Source of the DNA: a virus
Taxonomy: Duplodnaviria > Caudoviricetes
Virus record (IMG/VR): IMGVR_UViG_3300006169_000019
Span: 1-62,982 of that record
DNA length: 62,982 nt
Strand: one strand, 5' to 3'
Shown here: positions 9,150-19,347 of the stretch, one piece after another
Layout: every line of letters starts with the position of its first letter
Position numbering within the stretch: position 1 is the first letter of the stretch
Notes under the pieces: generated by a model
Told to the model about the DNA's origin: nothing
Seen by the model: the letters and a program-made list of their open reading frames with translations, nothing else
Database searches by the model: none
Made by a program: the position numbers and the translations under genes

Positions 9150-10625
9150 TCAGATGAGCCATGCCCGGTATCCTTCTCCGTTGACCGCCGTCGCAAGGTC
9201 AATCTTGTTCCGGAGGTTCTTGATCAGCTTGTCCTCAACGGTCTTGGGGACGCGCATGTCAATGACCGTCACCCGGTCATCCTTGCCGATCCCTGAGCCG
9301 CGTTCTTCGGACTGATCACGGTGGTCCAGATCGTCCGAGCAGCTGTGGTAGATGATCAGGTTGGCCACGGTCCACGTCCGGCCGCGCCCACCGGCCGCCG
9401 CGGTGGCGACCATGAACCGGCACTCCGGATCGGTCTTGAACCGGGCTTCCTCATCCTCGCGCGTCTTGACGTTGCCACCCCAGAACCGGGCCACGGAGCC
9501 CTCGCCGAACTCCTTGGTCAGCGCCTCGCTGACGCGCTCGATGCTCTCGCCGAAGGCGCACCAGATGATCGCCTTGCCGTCGTAGTCCGCCAGCCGGTCC
9601 ACGAGGTCTCCGGTGCGGTTCTCCGGAATGTAGTGGGTCTCGCCAGCCTCATCCTTCGTGAAGCCGCAGAGGATTTGGCGAAGGCGCATGATCTGGGCCA
9701 CCACCACCGTCGCCGTCACGTGGCTCATCTCGTCCAGCTGGGCGGTGGCGTAGGCGCGCATGTCCGCGTAGATGCGCTGCTGCTCCGGGGTCATCTCGAC
9801 GTCATGGAACAGATAGAGCTTGGGTGGAACGTCGTAGCAGTCCTTCAGCTGCTTCCGGTAGCAGTGGGGGTTGATCTTGGCGGCGAGGTCATCCAGGTCG
9901 CGCCACCCTTTGATCATGGGCACCTGCCGCCCACCGATGTTTTCCGTCCACATGATGGCGTACCGGCCGCGGAAGGCGTAGAAGCTCTTGAAGCCGAGGA
10001 ACCGCCAGTCAAGGAACTCGAATTGCGAGTAGTAGTCCAGCGGGCTCTTGGGGTTGGGCAGGCCGGACAGGATCAGCCGGAAGTCGCTCTCATTGGCGAC
10101 ATCGACGTTGATGAACTTCGTGCGCTTGCTCGACGGGTTCTTGATGATGATGCTCTCATCGATAACCGTCAGCACCTTCCCCTGCTTGAGGAACTTGATG
10201 ATGGTCTCGCGAGCGGCCTTGACGCTGGACAGCGCCTCGACGTTGATCAGGAAGATGCGCGGCCGATCCGTCGCGGCCATGAACTTCTCAAGTTCCTTGC
10301 GCTGCGTCGCGTTCGCGCCGCTCTGCCAGGTATGGACCAACACGCGGCCCTTGAGATCGTCCGAGAGATGGCCGACTGGCACGGCGTCCGTGCCGCCCAG
10401 GGCCGCTGGCCCCCACGTCTTGTAAACCCCACCCGGCGCGATGACGCACATGTTCTGGCAGTCGCCGCGAAGCTCCATCCGGCCGTAGTGGTCGTAGGTG
10501 ACCTTGGTCTTGCCGGTTCGCATCCCCATGAAGAGGGCGAAGGCTTCCTCACCCTCTAGGAGGTCAAGAGCCTCCTGCTGGTGGGCGTAGGGCTTGAAGG
10601 GAGGGGTGTAAACGTCGGGGCGCAT
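9150..10625 (-). CDS. SNF2-family DNA helicase
   Basis: HQ..A, MRTGKT, DES..IKN, LSG.P, QSEER motifs. Confidence 0.9.
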   Translation of the reverse strand: MRPDVYTPPFKPYAHQQEALDLLEGEEAFALFMGMRTGKTKVTYDHYGRMELRGDCQNMCVIAPGGVYKTWGPAALGGTDAVPVGHLSDDLKGRVLVHTWQSGANATQRKELEKFMAATDRPRIFLINVEALSSVKAARETIIKFLKQGKVLTVIDESIIIKNPSSKRTKFINVDVANESDFRLILSGLPNPKSPLDYYSQFEFLDWRFLGFKSFYAFRGRYAIMWTENIGGRQVPMIKGWRDLDDLAAKINPHCYRKQLKDCYDVPPKLYLFHDVEMTPEQQRIYADMRAYATAQLDEMSHVTATVVVAQIMRLRQILCGFTKDEAGETHYIPENRTGDLVDRLADYDGKAIIWCAFGESIERVSEALTKEFGEGSVARFWGGNVKTREDEEARFKTDPECRFMVATAAAGGRGRTWTVANLIIYHSCSDDLDHRDQSEERGSGIGKDDRVTVIDMRVPKTVEDKLIKNLRNKIDLATAVNGEGYRAWLI

Positions 10626-10646
10626 GAGAGGTCGGTTCGCAAAGAC

Positions 10647-10931
10647 CTAGGCGCGCTCGCGCCAGAACTGCAACGGGTGCGGGCCAGCCCGCTCGCTGCG
10701 ACGGATGCGGAACGGAAGGCCAGCACGTTCAGCCTTCGCCGCGATCCCCTTGAGCCGCCCCACCACGATGGTTCTGGCGTTGAGCGGCTCAGGGGCGACG
10801 TTGGCATAGTAGCGCTGGACCAGGGTGTTGGTGTCCACCCTGGAGCCATCCGCAGGAAGCAGGTCCAGCAGCCGCTGTTCGAGGCTGCTGAACTTGACGG
10901 CCCGCTTACTTGCCGGCGTCGATGAGGCCAT
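10647..10931 (-). CDS. Hypothetical, possible winged-helix DNA-binding protein
   Basis: Basic 94-aa ORF in operon. Confidence 0.5.
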   Translation of the reverse strand: MASSTPASKRAVKFSSLEQRLLDLLPADGSRVDTNTLVQRYYANVAPEPLNARTIVVGRLKGIAAKAERAGLPFRIRRSERAGPHPLQFWRERA

Positions 10932-11526
10932 AGCTGATCGCCTTGCCTTCCTTCTGCTTCTGGAGGGAGACCGGCAGCTTGTTCTTCTCGATCATGCCGC
11001 CCAGGCCCTTGAGGACCATGGACAGCGGACCCTTGAAGTTGGCGGTCACCGCCGCGTCGTCGCCCTTGGCTTCGTCGCCATAGACGGCCCGGATCAGTTC
11101 GGCCTGCGGGACGTACTGGCCGCGCTTGGCCACCAGGGCGTCGATCAGGCGCTTGCGCTTGGTGCCCTCGCGCTCGCCGAAGGCCAGCGCGTTCGGATCG
11201 GCCGGAGCGTCGGCCTGGGTGTTCGTGTCGGTCATGGCTTCGCTGTTCTCCTTGTTGCCAGCGGGTTGCGGAGCCGGGGCCGGGGTGGCCGCGGCGGGCG
11301 CTTGGGTGTTCTGACCGGACACCGGGTCCACCGGGCCGAAGGGATCGGGGCGCCGATCCTCATCCACGATCTGCGACACGACGCTCTTGGTGCGCTTCTC
11401 AGCGGTCGCGCGGTCCTGGAACTTCGTCACTTCCTTGATGCCCAGGAGGCGGGCGCAGTAGTTGTGGATTTCGATGAGGCTCTTGGTGTCGAGCCCGGCG
11501 ATGTGGGTCAGAGGACGATAGGTCAT
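10906..11526 (-). CDS. Hypothetical, possible DNA-binding protein
   Basis: RBS aaggagac; two domains joined by a Pro/Ala linker. Confidence 0.65.
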   Translation of the reverse strand: MTYRPLTHIAGLDTKSLIEIHNYCARLLGIKEVTKFQDRATAEKRTKSVVSQIVDEDRRPDPFGPVDPVSGQNTQAPAAATPAPAPQPAGNKENSEAMTDTNTQADAPADPNALAFGEREGTKRKRLIDALVAKRGQYVPQAELIRAVYGDEAKGDDAAVTANFKGPLSMVLKGLGGMIEKNKLPVSLQKQKEGKAISYGLIDAGK

Positions 11527-11579
11527 TGGTCAGGTCTCCTTGATGAGGCGGGGCGGCGTCAGCGCCGTCCTGAGACCTG

Positions 11580-11607
11580 ACTTAACCCGATCCCGATGAA
11601 AAAGAAA
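11580..11607 (-). promoter_or_regulatory. Early promoter copy 3
   Basis: TTTCTT-16-TTAAGT. Confidence 0.65.
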
Positions 11608-11611
11608 ACAC

Positions 11612-12037
11612 CTATTTCACCAACGCCGCACGAATTTCATCCCATGCCCAGGACGCCGGGTTGCCGGCACACTTGAGGATGGGGGTCACGGTGAGCAGCG
11701 GCTTTGGGCCCACCAGAGCCCTCACGTCGTCGCCGTGGAACAGGTAGTACTCATCGACGGCCTGCCCGAAGCGCGGGCCGCCGCCGTGGGTCCGGCGCAC
11801 GTCGATGAAGACGCGCCCACCGGCCCGGCGCCGCCGCTCTATCCAGCCGATCTGCTCCGGCCGGAGAGGGACCACGAACCCGGCTGTGGTCTTGTGCTCC
11901 ACCCATCCCTCCACGCCGGAAGCGCAGAAGTTGTCATCAGGGATGCCGGTGCCCACGCCGCCAGTCTCGACGGCCTGCCAATGGAAGTCGGGCAGGTGCT
12001 TCCGGACCAGCTTGCGCAGGCCGCCGTCGTTGGCCAT
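11612..12037 (-). CDS. PD-(D/E)xK nuclease / Holliday junction resolvase (VRR-NUC-like)
   Basis: GIPD...WVEHK, LRPEQIGW...RRAGG; start MANDG coupled to the DnaE stop. Confidence 0.8.
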   Translation of the reverse strand: MANDGGLRKLVRKHLPDFHWQAVETGGVGTGIPDDNFCASGVEGWVEHKTTAGFVVPLRPEQIGWIERRRRAGGRVFIDVRRTHGGGPRFGQAVDEYYLFHGDDVRALVGPKPLLTVTPILKCAGNPASWAWDEIRAALVK

Positions 12038-14889
12038 TACTCCACCTCGCCCAGGTAGCGCATCATCTTGACCTTCACCATCCGGAAGTCTGGTGGGCAC
12101 GTGCCCTTGATGGCGAAGAGGCTCTTGCCCGACTTGCCCTGCTCCAGCACCTTCGGCGCGATCCGCTCATAGTCGTAGCGGTCCACCTTGACGAAAATCT
12201 CGTCAGTGTCGTCGGCGAAGAACATGTTGAGCGAGGCCGTGGGGCCACTGAGCCTACGGCCGCCGCGCTTCTCCACCTTGTGCGGTTCGTTCTCGTCCAC
12301 CGGGCTGATCTTCACGGCCTTCGCCATGATCAGGAACTCGCCGCGGATTTGACCCGGCTGCACGTCGATGATCGGGGTGGGGTCGGTGAAGATGTTGATC
12401 TTGGTCAGATCGGGGTGAAGCTCCTTGATCCGGTCAGTGACCGGGAATAGGCTGTCCACCGCCGTCTTGGCGTTCGCGAGCGCCTTGGCGATGCCCGGCT
12501 TGAGGGCCGTGCCGTTCTTCCGGGCGTCCAGGATTTCCTTGACCTTGGCCGGGCCGATCCCCTTCACCGCGGTCAGCGGACCCACCAGCATCCTCTGGCC
12601 GTCGCGCTCCGCCACCGCCCACCGATCCGTGGAGTGATCCGGGTCCACGGCGACGTACTTGATGCCTTCGGCGTTGAGCTCACGGAGCAGGGCCAGCTGC
12701 TTGTTCGGATCGCTCTCAGCGTCCAACGTCGCGGCGGCGAACTCCAACGGGTGGTGGGCCTTCAGCCACGCGCACCAGTACGAGATGAGGCCATAGGCAA
12801 CGGCGTGCGATTTGTTGAACGCCCACGAGCCGAAGCTGTTGATCTGCTTCCACACCTCCCGCGCGTCGGCCTCCGGCATCCCATTGGCCACGGCGCCGTC
12901 GCGGAACTTCTCCCACCATTGCTCAAAGGCTTCGTCGCCCATCCGGGCTGACATCAGCTTCCGGATGCGGGCCGTGTCCGCCCAAGAGAACTGACCAAGC
13001 TCACGCGTGATCCGCATCACGGTCTCTTGGTAGATCACGACGCCATAGGTGTCGGCCGTCAGCGCCGCCAGCAGCGGGTGCTTCGGTGGGTCGTAGGGCT
13101 CGCCAGCCCGGCGCTTGATCCACGCGTGGGCGCCGCCCGAAGCGAGCGGGCCGGGCCGGGCGATGGCGCCCAGGGCCACGAGGTCGTCCAGCCGCGTGAA
13201 GTTGATCTGCTCAGCGAGGTTACGCACCGCGGAGCCGGTCACCTGGAAGATGCCGGAGTACATGCCCTTGTTGAGAACGGCGAACGCGGCCGGATCGTCC
13301 AGCGGGATTTGCTCAAGCCAACCGCTGATCGGCTTCTCACCGATGAGCTCAAGCGTCCGCTCGAACACCGACAGCTGGGTGAGGCCCAGGGCGTCGATTT
13401 TGAGCAGGTTGAGGTCTTCCGCGTCTTTCTTGTCGCACCACGCCGCCTTGGTCCGCGCGTCCACGGCCACGTATTCGGTCATGGGCTCCGCGGTCAGCAG
13501 GAGACCGGCCGCGTGCTGGCTGGACAGCTGGGGGTGGCCCTCCATCCGGGTCGCGATGAGGATTTCCGGATGCTCGTGGATGATGGCCTTACCGGCGTCC
13601 GTCTCCTTGAGCGTGTCCTCCAGCGAGTTCATGGCGCGTGAGTCACCGCTGGACCGCTCGATGATCGAGTCAGTCAGCTTGTCGATCCGCCATTTGGGGA
13701 TTTGGAGGGTGATGCCCGCTTGGTTGAGAGCCGAGCGCGCCTTGAACATGCCGACCGTGCCGAGCCGGGCCACCTTGTCCTTGCCGAACCGCTGCTCAGC
13801 GTAGTCGAACACCATGCCGCGGTTGACGTCGCTGAAGTCCACGTCAATATCCGGCAAGTCCATCCGGTTGATGTCGATGAAACGCTCAAAGATCAGGTCG
13901 TATGGGATGGGGTCGATGGCAGTAATCCCAAGAAGATAGCACACCAGCGAGCCGCACGACGATCCGCGGGCCGGGCCGACTACCATGCGATCCTTGGCCC
14001 ATGCGATGATGTCAGCGAGGATATAGAAGTAATCCTCAAAGTTCTTCTCAGCGATGACTCGCAGTTCGCGCTCCACGCGCTCCGAATACACCGGGTCGCT
14101 GAGGTCGATGCCGCGCGCCTTCGCGCCCTCCTGGCACATCTGCATCAGGGTCAGCGGCTTCTCCGGCGAGTACAGCTGCGCTTTCTTCAGCTTGGCGTTG
14201 CTGTCCGCGATCCACGACATGCGGAGCGCCTGGGCCTGGGTGGCCACGTCCGGCTCCACGCCCACGTCATTGACCATAAAGTCCCACCACTCCGCGTCCG
14301 TCATGAGGTGCATGGGGTAGGTCTGCGTGCCGGATCGGAAGCCGAGCGCGACCCGGTAGAACTCCTTGTCAGCCTCCGTGGGGTAGTAGTTGTCGCTGGA
14401 GGCGATCAGCTGGATGCCCGCCTTCTGGGCGCGTCGGATGAGACCCTTGGGGGTGGAGGGCGCCAGCGCCATGGCGAAATTTGGGCCGGGAGTGGCCGGA
14501 AGCTTATCGACCAGCAGTCGCTCCCCAGCGACGATGAAAACGCCCTCCGCGGCCATCGCTTGGCGATAGAGCAGCGTCGGCTCGCGATCCGGCGAGCAGG
14601 TGGCCTTGTAGATCAACTCGTGGAGCGGCCGGAGGCTGTCCTGAGCGATGAAGGTCCACGTGTCCATGATGGGCTTGCGGTCGCCGAAGGCCACCACGCA
14701 TGGGATTTGGACGCCGTACACTGGCTTCAGTTCGGCCTTCTCGCAGAGCTTGGTCCACCGGGTGAAGCCGAACGTGGACATGTAGTCCGTGATCGGGGCC
14801 GCGCCCCACCCAAGCTCCTTCACCCGCTCCATCAGTTCGGGCAGGTGGCCTACCGCCGTCCTGAACGAATAGCCGGACCTAACGCGCAT
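12037..14889 (-). CDS. dnaE: DNA polymerase III alpha subunit (family C)
   Basis: PHP-like N-terminus, GPARGS, LIFERF, PDIDVDF, HAAG, KIDALGL, RPGP, IYQE, FNKSHA. Confidence 0.95.
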   Translation of the reverse strand: MRVRSGYSFRTAVGHLPELMERVKELGWGAAPITDYMSTFGFTRWTKLCEKAELKPVYGVQIPCVVAFGDRKPIMDTWTFIAQDSLRPLHELIYKATCSPDREPTLLYRQAMAAEGVFIVAGERLLVDKLPATPGPNFAMALAPSTPKGLIRRAQKAGIQLIASSDNYYPTEADKEFYRVALGFRSGTQTYPMHLMTDAEWWDFMVNDVGVEPDVATQAQALRMSWIADSNAKLKKAQLYSPEKPLTLMQMCQEGAKARGIDLSDPVYSERVERELRVIAEKNFEDYFYILADIIAWAKDRMVVGPARGSSCGSLVCYLLGITAIDPIPYDLIFERFIDINRMDLPDIDVDFSDVNRGMVFDYAEQRFGKDKVARLGTVGMFKARSALNQAGITLQIPKWRIDKLTDSIIERSSGDSRAMNSLEDTLKETDAGKAIIHEHPEILIATRMEGHPQLSSQHAAGLLLTAEPMTEYVAVDARTKAAWCDKKDAEDLNLLKIDALGLTQLSVFERTLELIGEKPISGWLEQIPLDDPAAFAVLNKGMYSGIFQVTGSAVRNLAEQINFTRLDDLVALGAIARPGPLASGGAHAWIKRRAGEPYDPPKHPLLAALTADTYGVVIYQETVMRITRELGQFSWADTARIRKLMSARMGDEAFEQWWEKFRDGAVANGMPEADAREVWKQINSFGSWAFNKSHAVAYGLISYWCAWLKAHHPLEFAAATLDAESDPNKQLALLRELNAEGIKYVAVDPDHSTDRWAVAERDGQRMLVGPLTAVKGIGPAKVKEILDARKNGTALKPGIAKALANAKTAVDSLFPVTDRIKELHPDLTKINIFTDPTPIIDVQPGQIRGEFLIMAKAVKISPVDENEPHKVEKRGGRRLSGPTASLNMFFADDTDEIFVKVDRYDYERIAPKVLEQGKSGKSLFAIKGTCPPDFRMVKVKMMRYLGEVE

Positions 14890-15088
14890 TGGGGGCAAGC
14901 TCCAGATGCTTCGGGCACAGTTGGCGGATCGGCGCCGGAGTGCTGAGAACCTCCACGCACCACCAGCCGCCCTCGCGCAGCGACTTCTTGAACAGCGTCG
15001 GCTGCAGCTTCTCACTGAAGAACACGTCGCAGCACGAGGCGCACCCCGGCGCGTCGCACGTGACCCTGGCTTGGACCTGAAGCGTCAC
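14879..15088 (-). CDS. Small Zn-binding protein
   Basis: CDAPGC...LCPKH; overlaps both neighbours. Confidence 0.6.
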   Translation of the reverse strand: MTLQVQARVTCDAPGCASCCDVFFSEKLQPTLFKKSLREGGWWCVEVLSTPAPIRQLCPKHLELAPNAR

Positions 15089-15621
15089 AGTTCATCCCTC
15101 TTGTAGAGTTCGCAGGCGCATCGGAACAGCGCCATGACGTCGTTCTTGGCCCGGTGGGCTTCTGGGAAGCCCTTGCCGAACAGGTATTCATGGAGCCCGG
15201 CGAGGTTCAGCCGGAAGCCCTTCAGGTGGACGGTCGCCTCCACCGTGCAGATCGGGCGCCGCGGCCAGTGGACCGTCTGCCCAAGCCGCTCAAACTCGAT
15301 GTCAAGCATCTCGATGTCGTAGGAGGCGTTGTGGGCCATGGCCTGTGGGCCGTTCTCCATCGCCTCCTTGATCTGCTGCGCGACGGCCGGGAACATGGGG
15401 GCGTTCTCCACCATGGCGTCGGTGATGCCGGTGATCTTGACGCTTTCCTCGCTGATGGGGATCGGTGGCTTGATCAGCATGTCGAGTTCGCTGATGACCT
15501 CGCCGGTGGAGAGGTCACCCACGCAGCTGTACCACTCGATGATGTAGGGCTGCTTCTTGAGCGGCATGGTCCGGTTGTCGATGAGCCCGGTGGTCTCGGT
15601 GTCGAACAGCGTGACGATCAT
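15085..15621 (-). CDS. DEDDh 3'-5' exonuclease (Pol III epsilon-like)
   Basis: DTETTG, AHNASYD, HRA..D. Confidence 0.92.
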   Translation of the reverse strand: MIVTLFDTETTGLIDNRTMPLKKQPYIIEWYSCVGDLSTGEVISELDMLIKPPIPISEESVKITGITDAMVENAPMFPAVAQQIKEAMENGPQAMAHNASYDIEMLDIEFERLGQTVHWPRRPICTVEATVHLKGFRLNLAGLHEYLFGKGFPEAHRAKNDVMALFRCACELYKRDEL

Positions 15622-15833
15622 CGCCGGTCAAACTCCGTGGCCTTCGCGTAGCCGCCGTGGGGTCCGTGGTCGGCCGGAAAGCGAGCCTCCCACACGACGA
15701 TGCGGAGGGGCCGCTTGAGCCCCACCCGCGCCTCTTCCGTGCTGATGTCGTGGTCGGATCGGCTCGACACCGCGGTGGTGAACCCGCGGGCGTCGGTGAT
15801 GATCGCCAGTTCAGGATGCCGACTGAAACTCAT
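15618..15833 (-). CDS. Hypothetical protein
   Basis: Fills the operon; overlapping start and stop. Confidence 0.5.
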   Translation of the reverse strand: MSFSRHPELAIITDARGFTTAVSSRSDHDISTEEARVGLKRPLRIVVWEARFPADHGPHGGYAKATEFDRR

Positions 15834-16107
15834 CGAATGACTCCAACATCGCCGCGTATGCCGCCAGATCGCGCATGGAGTCAGGATGCCCATGCTCGAA
15901 ATTGGCCGCGTATCGAGACATCTTCACCGCGGCGAGCATGAAGAGGTGGTAGCGGCCGTGATCCTCCGGCGTCTCCAGCTTGATGCCGTTCGGGAAGAAC
16001 GCCGCCATGATGGGGCCGACCTTGAGATAGCCAGCCCCGTACTCGGCATTGCGGCTGCGGAAGGTCTCCGCAGCCGCCACGAGCAGTTCGTCAGGGCTTC
16101 TGGGCAT
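15811..16107 (-). CDS. Nmad1/DUF6378-like all-alpha protein (putative dNTP pyrophosphatase fold)
   Basis: RN.EYG ... K.SR ... H.DS..DLAAYA pattern. Confidence 0.65.
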   Translation of the reverse strand: MPRSPDELLVAAAETFRSRNAEYGAGYLKVGPIMAAFFPNGIKLETPEDHGRYHLFMLAAVKMSRYAANFEHGHPDSMRDLAAYAAMLESFDEFQSAS

Positions 16108-16570
16108 GGATGCGCCGGATCACCTTGGTGAAGACGCCCAGCGTGGGCCGGGTGTCCCAGATGCGGTAGTGGAACTTCCGCCCGTTGCCGAGCAGGTAGG
16201 GGTTCGTGTGCTCCCGCGTGAACATCTCCTGGACCAGCGGCGCGTCGTACTCAGGGAACTCTTCGCCGTCGTCCAGGTGATAGCCGAGGTGGCTCAGGAA
16301 GCCCTCCGTGCCCAGGAACAGATGGTTGGTCTGATGCCAGTGGGGGCCGTCGAGGTAGGTGAGGATTTCGGTCTCAATCCCCAGGTCATAGTTAAACTGG
16401 AGAAGGGCGCGAGAGACGCCGGAGACCACCCCATGCCCGCGGCGGTACACGTCCACGGCGCCGGTGACGGTGTCTTGGACCCACTCCGCTTCGGACAGGC
16501 CCAGCATCGCCTTGATGGCGTCGGCCTCCTTGGGCTCGCGGGCGTAGTAGGCGACTTGATCAAGCTTCAT
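16091..16570 (-). CDS. VOC-superfamily (methylmalonyl-CoA epimerase/glyoxalase-like) protein
   Basis: LDQVAY, E.EIL...G, LSHLGYH, Y..DT....G pattern. Confidence 0.65.
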   Translation of the reverse strand: MKLDQVAYYAREPKEADAIKAMLGLSEAEWVQDTVTGAVDVYRRGHGVVSGVSRALLQFNYDLGIETEILTYLDGPHWHQTNHLFLGTEGFLSHLGYHLDDGEEFPEYDAPLVQEMFTREHTNPYLLGNGRKFHYRIWDTRPTLGVFTKVIRRIHAQKP

Positions 16571-16576
16571 GGTCGT

Positions 16577-17284
16577 TCAGGCTCCGTATTGAATGTCACA
16601 GCCCGTGAGGTACTTGTGACGCGACTTGTCGGAAAGGAGGAAGGCGATGAACTCAGCCAGCACGGCCGGGTCCGTCTCTTCGCCCGCGGGAAGGGCTGCC
16701 AGCTGGTAGGCCGCGGCCTGCTCCGGCGTCCAGCCCCGGAGCGCCGGCACGCGATCCTCGATGTAGCGGCTCATCCCGGTGCCGGCAAGCTTGTTGGGGC
16801 TCACGGAGAACACCGTGATGCCGTGGGTCTTGCCGAGTTCGCGGGCCAGCTGCTTCGTGAGGATCAGGGCGGCGCCCTTGGAGGCGTTGTAGGCCGAACT
16901 GTTGGTCATCGGGACGTGGGCCGCGTTCGACACGATGTTGAGCACCGTCCCGCCGTCCTGCAGGTTCGCCAGCAGACCTTGGACCGTCAGGAAGATGCCT
17001 TTGACGTTGGTGTCCAGCACCCGGTCCCAGTCGGCCTCCGTCACGTTCGGGATGAAGTCGATGAGGTTGACCCCGGCGCAGTTGATCAGCGCGTAGATCG
17101 GCTCGCCATCCAGCGCGGCGACGGCGCGCACGACGCTCTCAGCGTCGGACACGTCCACCCCGGTGTCGAGGGACCAGTTGATGATGTGGTACTCGATCCC
17201 CACCGGCTGCATCCGGAAGAGGGCGTTGGTGATCTCCGCGCCGAGCCCGGAGGAACCGCCAGTGATGATTATGTTTCGTCGCAT
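16577..17284 (-). CDS. Short-chain dehydrogenase/reductase
   Basis: TGGSSGLG, LINCAG, catalytic S and YNASK. Confidence 0.92.
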   Translation of the reverse strand: MRRNIIITGGSSGLGAEITNALFRMQPVGIEYHIINWSLDTGVDVSDAESVVRAVAALDGEPIYALINCAGVNLIDFIPNVTEADWDRVLDTNVKGIFLTVQGLLANLQDGGTVLNIVSNAAHVPMTNSSAYNASKGAALILTKQLARELGKTHGITVFSVSPNKLAGTGMSRYIEDRVPALRGWTPEQAAAYQLAALPAGEETDPAVLAEFIAFLLSDKSRHKYLTGCDIQYGA

Positions 17285-17736
17285 GTGCGTCTCGCATTGA
17301 TGTGAAGGGTGGTGACGCCCAAGGCGGCGAACGCCTTGAGCACGTCGTCGCGGTCATCGATAACCAGCGCAATCTTGTCCTTGATCGCGTCCGCGCCGCC
17401 GCACATCTCAGCCACGAGGTCCACTTTGACCTGAGCCGAGGGGCGGTAGTCCTCATCAGGCCGCATCAGTAGATCGTCCAGGTTGACGCCGTGCTTCAGC
17501 AGCCAATCCTGTGTGATCCGCCGCCACTTCTCCGGCCGGGCCGTGAGGCCGATGATGACCGTGCTGCCGGCATCCGAGATGCAGTTGATGAGGCGCACGA
17601 TGTCCCAGATGGGTTCATCGTTCACCAGATCGGCGTGGAAGGCGTCCCAGCTGTCCGCGATGAGATGTTCACGGCGCCAGGACGCGCTGACGGTGTCGTC
17701 CAGATCGACAAGGATGATGTTGCGCTGGTGGTGCAT
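17269..17736 (-). CDS. HAD-family phosphatase (T4 PNK phosphatase domain-like)
   Basis: DLDDT, LTARP, LLMR..DYRP...K, IDDR. Confidence 0.88.
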   Translation of the reverse strand: MHHQRNIILVDLDDTVSASWRREHLIADSWDAFHADLVNDEPIWDIVRLINCISDAGSTVIIGLTARPEKWRRITQDWLLKHGVNLDDLLMRPDEDYRPSAQVKVDLVAEMCGGADAIKDKIALVIDDRDDVLKAFAALGVTTLHINARRTCDET

Positions 17737-18488
17737 CAGCCCCAGGTTCCCTTGAGCGCGTCAAGCTCCTTGAGGGCCGCGTTGACCTCCGGCTTGTCGA
17801 TGGGCGAGCCGTCGCCCAGGGCTTCGGCCAGCAGCTTGTCGAGGGATGGCGTCTGGAGCCGTTCCGGGTACAGGAACTCCCGAACCCAGGGATGGACTTC
17901 CAGCACCAGTTCGGCCATCCGCGCCACCACGGCGCCGTACTCGCCTTGCGCCCGGAGGTTCTGGCGCTTGCCCACCAGATCGGCCAGCGTCCGCAGGTTC
18001 ATCTCCGCGGCGATGTTGGTGTGGACGTTCGTGGGGAGGGCGCCGCGGGCGTCTTGGGCCGGGACGCCGGACATGGTGGCGTCCTTGTAGAACTCGCTGA
18101 TGTCGAACATGAGCGTGTCCCACCGATCCTTCAGCCCGGCGTTGGCCACCGTCTCCGGCATCTCCGCGGTGAAGTCGCCCAGGTTCACGACCCGCTGCGC
18201 CTGCTGGGCGAAGCTGATGCCGACGCGGGTGCGAACGAACTGGTGGGTGAAGGCGCGGGTGACGCCGGTCACCTGGAAGGTGTACTTGACGAACTCCCAG
18301 CTGCTCCGGATCGTGTTGGCCGCGTAGGACACGTCGGCCATGATCTCCGCTTCCGGCTTCTCCATGAACTTCTGGAAGCCAGCCGGGTCCATCTCCAGCC
18401 GCGTGTTCTTGAGGTAGGCGAGCTTCCGGGCCGCAAACAGCGGATCGGGATGGCCCATGCCGGTGAAGTCGATGAGGTGAACTTGCAT
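17736..18488 (-). CDS. Divergent ThyX-fold flavoenzyme (copy 2)
   Basis: YTFQVTGVTRAFTHQFVRTR..SFAQQAQR, QDARGALP, NLR.L, R....AQGE; RHRx7S motif altered. Confidence 0.8.
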   Translation of the reverse strand: MQVHLIDFTGMGHPDPLFAARKLAYLKNTRLEMDPAGFQKFMEKPEAEIMADVSYAANTIRSSWEFVKYTFQVTGVTRAFTHQFVRTRVGISFAQQAQRVVNLGDFTAEMPETVANAGLKDRWDTLMFDISEFYKDATMSGVPAQDARGALPTNVHTNIAAEMNLRTLADLVGKRQNLRAQGEYGAVVARMAELVLEVHPWVREFLYPERLQTPSLDKLLAEALGDGSPIDKPEVNAALKELDALKGTWG

Positions 18489-18496
18489 AACGTCTC

Positions 18497-18682
18497 CTAG
18501 ATGAAGCCCTTTTCGCGGGCGTGGTGCTCTTCCATGTCAAGGGTCACTTGATCACGGCCGGGACCGGGCGTCACCTCGCACCACGAGAGGGGAACCCAGA
18601 CTTCCTCACCTTCGTACTCGATGAGGATGGCGCGGTCAGACGTTGTGACCTTCCGCGCCTGGATTTCGACAAGGCGGCTCAC
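18497..18682 (-). CDS. Small beta-barrel hypothetical protein
   Basis: T.RAILI...EVWVPLS...A.EKG; GTG start overlaps the upstream stop. Confidence 0.6.
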   Translation of the reverse strand: MSRLVEIQARKVTTSDRAILIEYEGEEVWVPLSWCEVTPGPGRDQVTLDMEEHHAREKGFI

Positions 18683-19347
18683 GCCTTCACCGGGACGGCG
18701 AGCCCCACCGATCCGACCGCGGCCGGGGTCTCCACCGGCAGGTCGAAGAGGGCGTTGAGGCGTTCGGCCGGGAGCGCCGGGAGGTTGGGCGTCACCACCG
18801 CGTACTTGGCGGCGAAGGGCTCCACCTCCGGCCACTGCTTGATCAGCGCGCCGACCGTGCTGACCGCTTCCAGCGAGGCCGCGGCCTGCTTCTCCGCGTC
18901 TTCGATCTGCTTGACCAGCGTCTTGGTGTCGTCCTTCAGCGTCTCGTGGACTTCCCACAGCTGCTCCGTCATGTCGATGACGGCCATCACGCAGTTGTAC
19001 AGCTTGTGCGGAACGCGCCGGTGGATGCTGGGGTGGTTGGTCGAGACGGAGCCCTTGTAGGCGCGGCTCAGGGCGCCGTAGAGCCCGGCCCCGTTCAGAT
19101 CGTACTCGGTGACGTCTCGCGACGCCTCGCCGAACTGAACCTTGACGTCATCACGCTCCGGAACCCACCCGGCCGGAAGGGCGGCGAGCCGCTTCTGGTC
19201 GGCGGCTGGCACGATGTGATCGAAGATGGCGTTGGCGAGTTCGCGGCGCCGGGCGATCAGGCGTTCCACGTCGTCGTGGAAGCGGTGTTCGATCAGGGCG
19301 CGGGCGATCCCGCTGCGCATTGAGACGGTCAGACGAACGGATGCCAT
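18679..19347 (-). CDS. Nmad5-like (nucleotide modification associated domain 5) protein
   Basis: RLT..MR..I N-terminus; TV..L...WPE; NLPA...LN...LP. Confidence 0.7.
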   Translation of the reverse strand: MASVRLTVSMRSGIARALIEHRFHDDVERLIARRRELANAIFDHIVPAADQKRLAALPAGWVPERDDVKVQFGEASRDVTEYDLNGAGLYGALSRAYKGSVSTNHPSIHRRVPHKLYNCVMAVIDMTEQLWEVHETLKDDTKTLVKQIEDAEKQAAASLEAVSTVGALIKQWPEVEPFAAKYAVVTPNLPALPAERLNALFDLPVETPAAVGSVGLAVPVKA